Assembly (NCBI GenBank): GCA_044350955.1
Contig: JBILGQ010000001.1
Span: 1 to 27,240 of the forward strand
Source: Candidatus Marinamargulisbacteria bacterium
GTDB taxonomy: Bacteria; Margulisbacteria; Marinamargulisbacteria; GCA-2716485; GCA-002719695
Length of the DNA stretch: 27,240 nucleotides
Reading direction: 5' to 3'
Shown: positions 25,812-27,240 of the stretch, in pieces
Layout of the letters: every line of letters begins with the position of its first letter
Position numbering within the stretch: position 1 is the stretch's first letter
The notes under the pieces: model-generated
Seen by the model: only the letters and a program-made list of their open reading frames with translations
Databases searched by the model: none
What the model was told of the DNA's origin: nothing
Position numbers and translations under genes: made by a program

Positions 25812-27240
25812 ATGTCAAAAAGAAATCACGAATTAAAAAATACTCGTAATATAGGTATTGCGGCGCATATAGACTCTGGGAAAACTACTTTAACAGAGCG
25901 GATTTTATATTATACAGGAAAATCCTATAAAATTGGTGAAGTCCATGACGGTAACGCAACTATGGACTGGATGGTGCAAGAGCAAGAGCGTGGAATTACT
26001 ATTACTTCAGCTGCAACAACTTGTTTTTGGAAAGATATACTTATAAATATTATTGATACTCCTGGTCACGTTGATTTTACTGTTGAAGTAGAGCGATCTT
26101 TGAGGGTGTTGGATGGTGTAGTGGCTGTTTTTTGTGCTGTTGCTGGTGTTCAACCTCAATCTGAGACTGTTTGGAGACAAGCAGATAGATATGGGGTTCC
26201 AAGAATAGCATTTATTAATAAAATGGACAGAACAGGCGCTGATTTTGATAGAGCGGTATCTATGTTAGAAGAAAATCTGCGAGCTGAAACCATTATTATT
26301 AATTATCCTATTGGTGCTGAAGAGAACTTTAAGGGTGTTATCGATATAGTTAGAGGTGTTGAGATTTATTATTTGGACGATAAAGGTGCTCAAATTGAAG
26401 AAAGACCCATTTCCGAAGAAAATAAAGATAAATATAATAAGTTACGAGAAAAATTAGTAGAAAAGGCAGCGGAGGGTGATGATCAGTTACTTGAGAAATA
26501 CCTTGAAGAGGGTGATTTAACTGAGGCGGAGATTAAAAAAGGTCTTAGAAACTTAACGATTAATAAAGGCTTAGTACCTGTTTGTTGTGGTACTGCTTTT
26601 AAAAACAAGGGTGTACAACCTTTGCTAGATTACGTAGTAGATTATTTGCCTTCTCCTATTGATCTTCCTCCTGTTGAAGGGCTCCAGGTTAATAACTCAG
26701 AGGTTAAATTAACTAGAAAGGCTGATAAAAGCGAAAAGTTATCGGCGCTTGCTTTTAAAATTCAAACGGATCCCTTTGTTGGACGTTTAACCTATGTACG
26801 TGTTTATTCTGGGACGCTTGTTGCAGGAACCTATGTATTAAACAGTATTAGTGGAAAAAGAGAAAGAATTGGTCGTATTATGTTAATGCATGCGAATACT
26901 CGTGAAGAAATTGATGGGGCTGAAGCTGGGGATATTATAGGTATAATAGGTTTGAAAGATACTAAGACTGGCGACACGTTATGTGATGAGTCGGCTCCTA
27001 TTATTCTTGAAAAAATTGAATTCCCAGAGCCGGTTATATTCGTTGCTATTGAAACAAAAACTAAAAATGATCAAAGTAAGTTATCAACGGCTCTAGAGAA
27101 ATTATCAGAAGAAGACCCTACATTTGGTTATAAAACTGATCCCGAAACAGGTCAGACTATTATTTCTGGTATGGGAGAGCTTCATCTTGAGGTAATTACT
27201 GATAGACTTTTGAGAGAGTTTAAAGTGGGAGCCAATATTG
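25812..27240 (+). CDS. fusA: Elongation factor G, 3'-truncated by window edge
   Basis: Not in the ORF track; translated by hand from ATG 25812: [54 protein letters not shown] (ATG at 27171) is in the same frame. Confidence 0.98.
   Translation, partial: MSKRNHELKNTRNIGIAAHIDSGKTTLTERILYYTGKSYKIGEVHDGNATMDWMVQEQERGITITSAATTCFWKDILINIIDTPGHVDFTVEVERSLRVLDGVVAVFCAVAGVQPQSETVWRQADRYGVPRIAFINKMDRTGADFDRAVSMLEENLRAETIIINYPIGAEENFKGVIDIVRGVEIYYLDDKGAQIEERPISEENKDKYNKLREKLVEKAAEGDDQLLEKYLEEGDLTEAEIKKGLRNLTINKGLVPVCCGTAFKNKGVQPLLDYVVDYLPSPIDLPPVEGLQVNNSEVKLTRKADKSEKLSALAFKIQTDPFVGRLTYVRVYSGTLVAGTYVLNSISGKRERIGRIMLMHANTREEIDGAEAGDIIGIIGLKDTKTGDTLCDESAPIILEKIEFPEPVIFVAIETKTKNDQSKLSTALEKLSEEDPTFGYKTDPETGQTIISGMGELHLEVITDRLLREFKVGANI

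Noticed and set aside
25860-25890. EF-G P-loop AHIDSGKTT (Ser instead of the usual Ala) as a specialised EF-G paralogue
   Set aside because: The rest of the sequence and the rpsL-rpsG-fusA position are canonical; one substitution is insufficient evidence.
14320-27240. Contiguous secE-nusG-rpl-rpoBC-str supercluster as a novelty
   Set aside because: This is a widely conserved ancestral gene order.
1-27240. CRISPR arrays, IS elements, prophage genes, rRNA, riboswitches
   Set aside because: No spaced direct repeats, transposase or integrase motifs, or long structured non-coding tracts were seen; the largest intergenic gaps are about 140-150 bp and are occupied by promoters.

Overview
This is an AT-rich bacterial housekeeping window in standard genetic code 11 (TGA is used as a stop). 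From left to right it holds five blocks. (1) The 5' part of a minus-strand Mrp/Mnh cation:H+ antiporter operon in E-F-G-B-C-D order; mrpD runs off the left edge. (2) A divergent plus-strand cluster purL-recG-rsmD-coaD-(SepIVA/Cdv3-like)-rph-(JAB/MPN+ peptidase). (3) A convergent minus-strand cluster rplU-rpmA-obgE-proB-proA. (4) Back-to-back sigma70-type promoters. (5) A tightly packed tRNA-Trp-secE-nusG-rplKAJL-rpoBC-rpsL-rpsG-fusA supercluster; fusA runs off the right edge. RNA polymerase motifs look cyanobacterial but rpoC is unsplit, suggesting a non-photosynthetic relative of Cyanobacteria such as Margulisbacteria (inference by eye, not a database result). I saw no mobile element, CRISPR array, rRNA or defence island, and I cannot claim a new multi-gene system. 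The best leads are an orphan JAMM peptidase with an unexplained tail, a 20-bp palindrome with 11-bp direct repeats at the mrp promoter, a short cyanobacterial-like SI3 in an unsplit beta', a strong terminator abutting the rpoB RBS, and substitutions at normally conserved motifs in S12, L1 and RNA polymerase.
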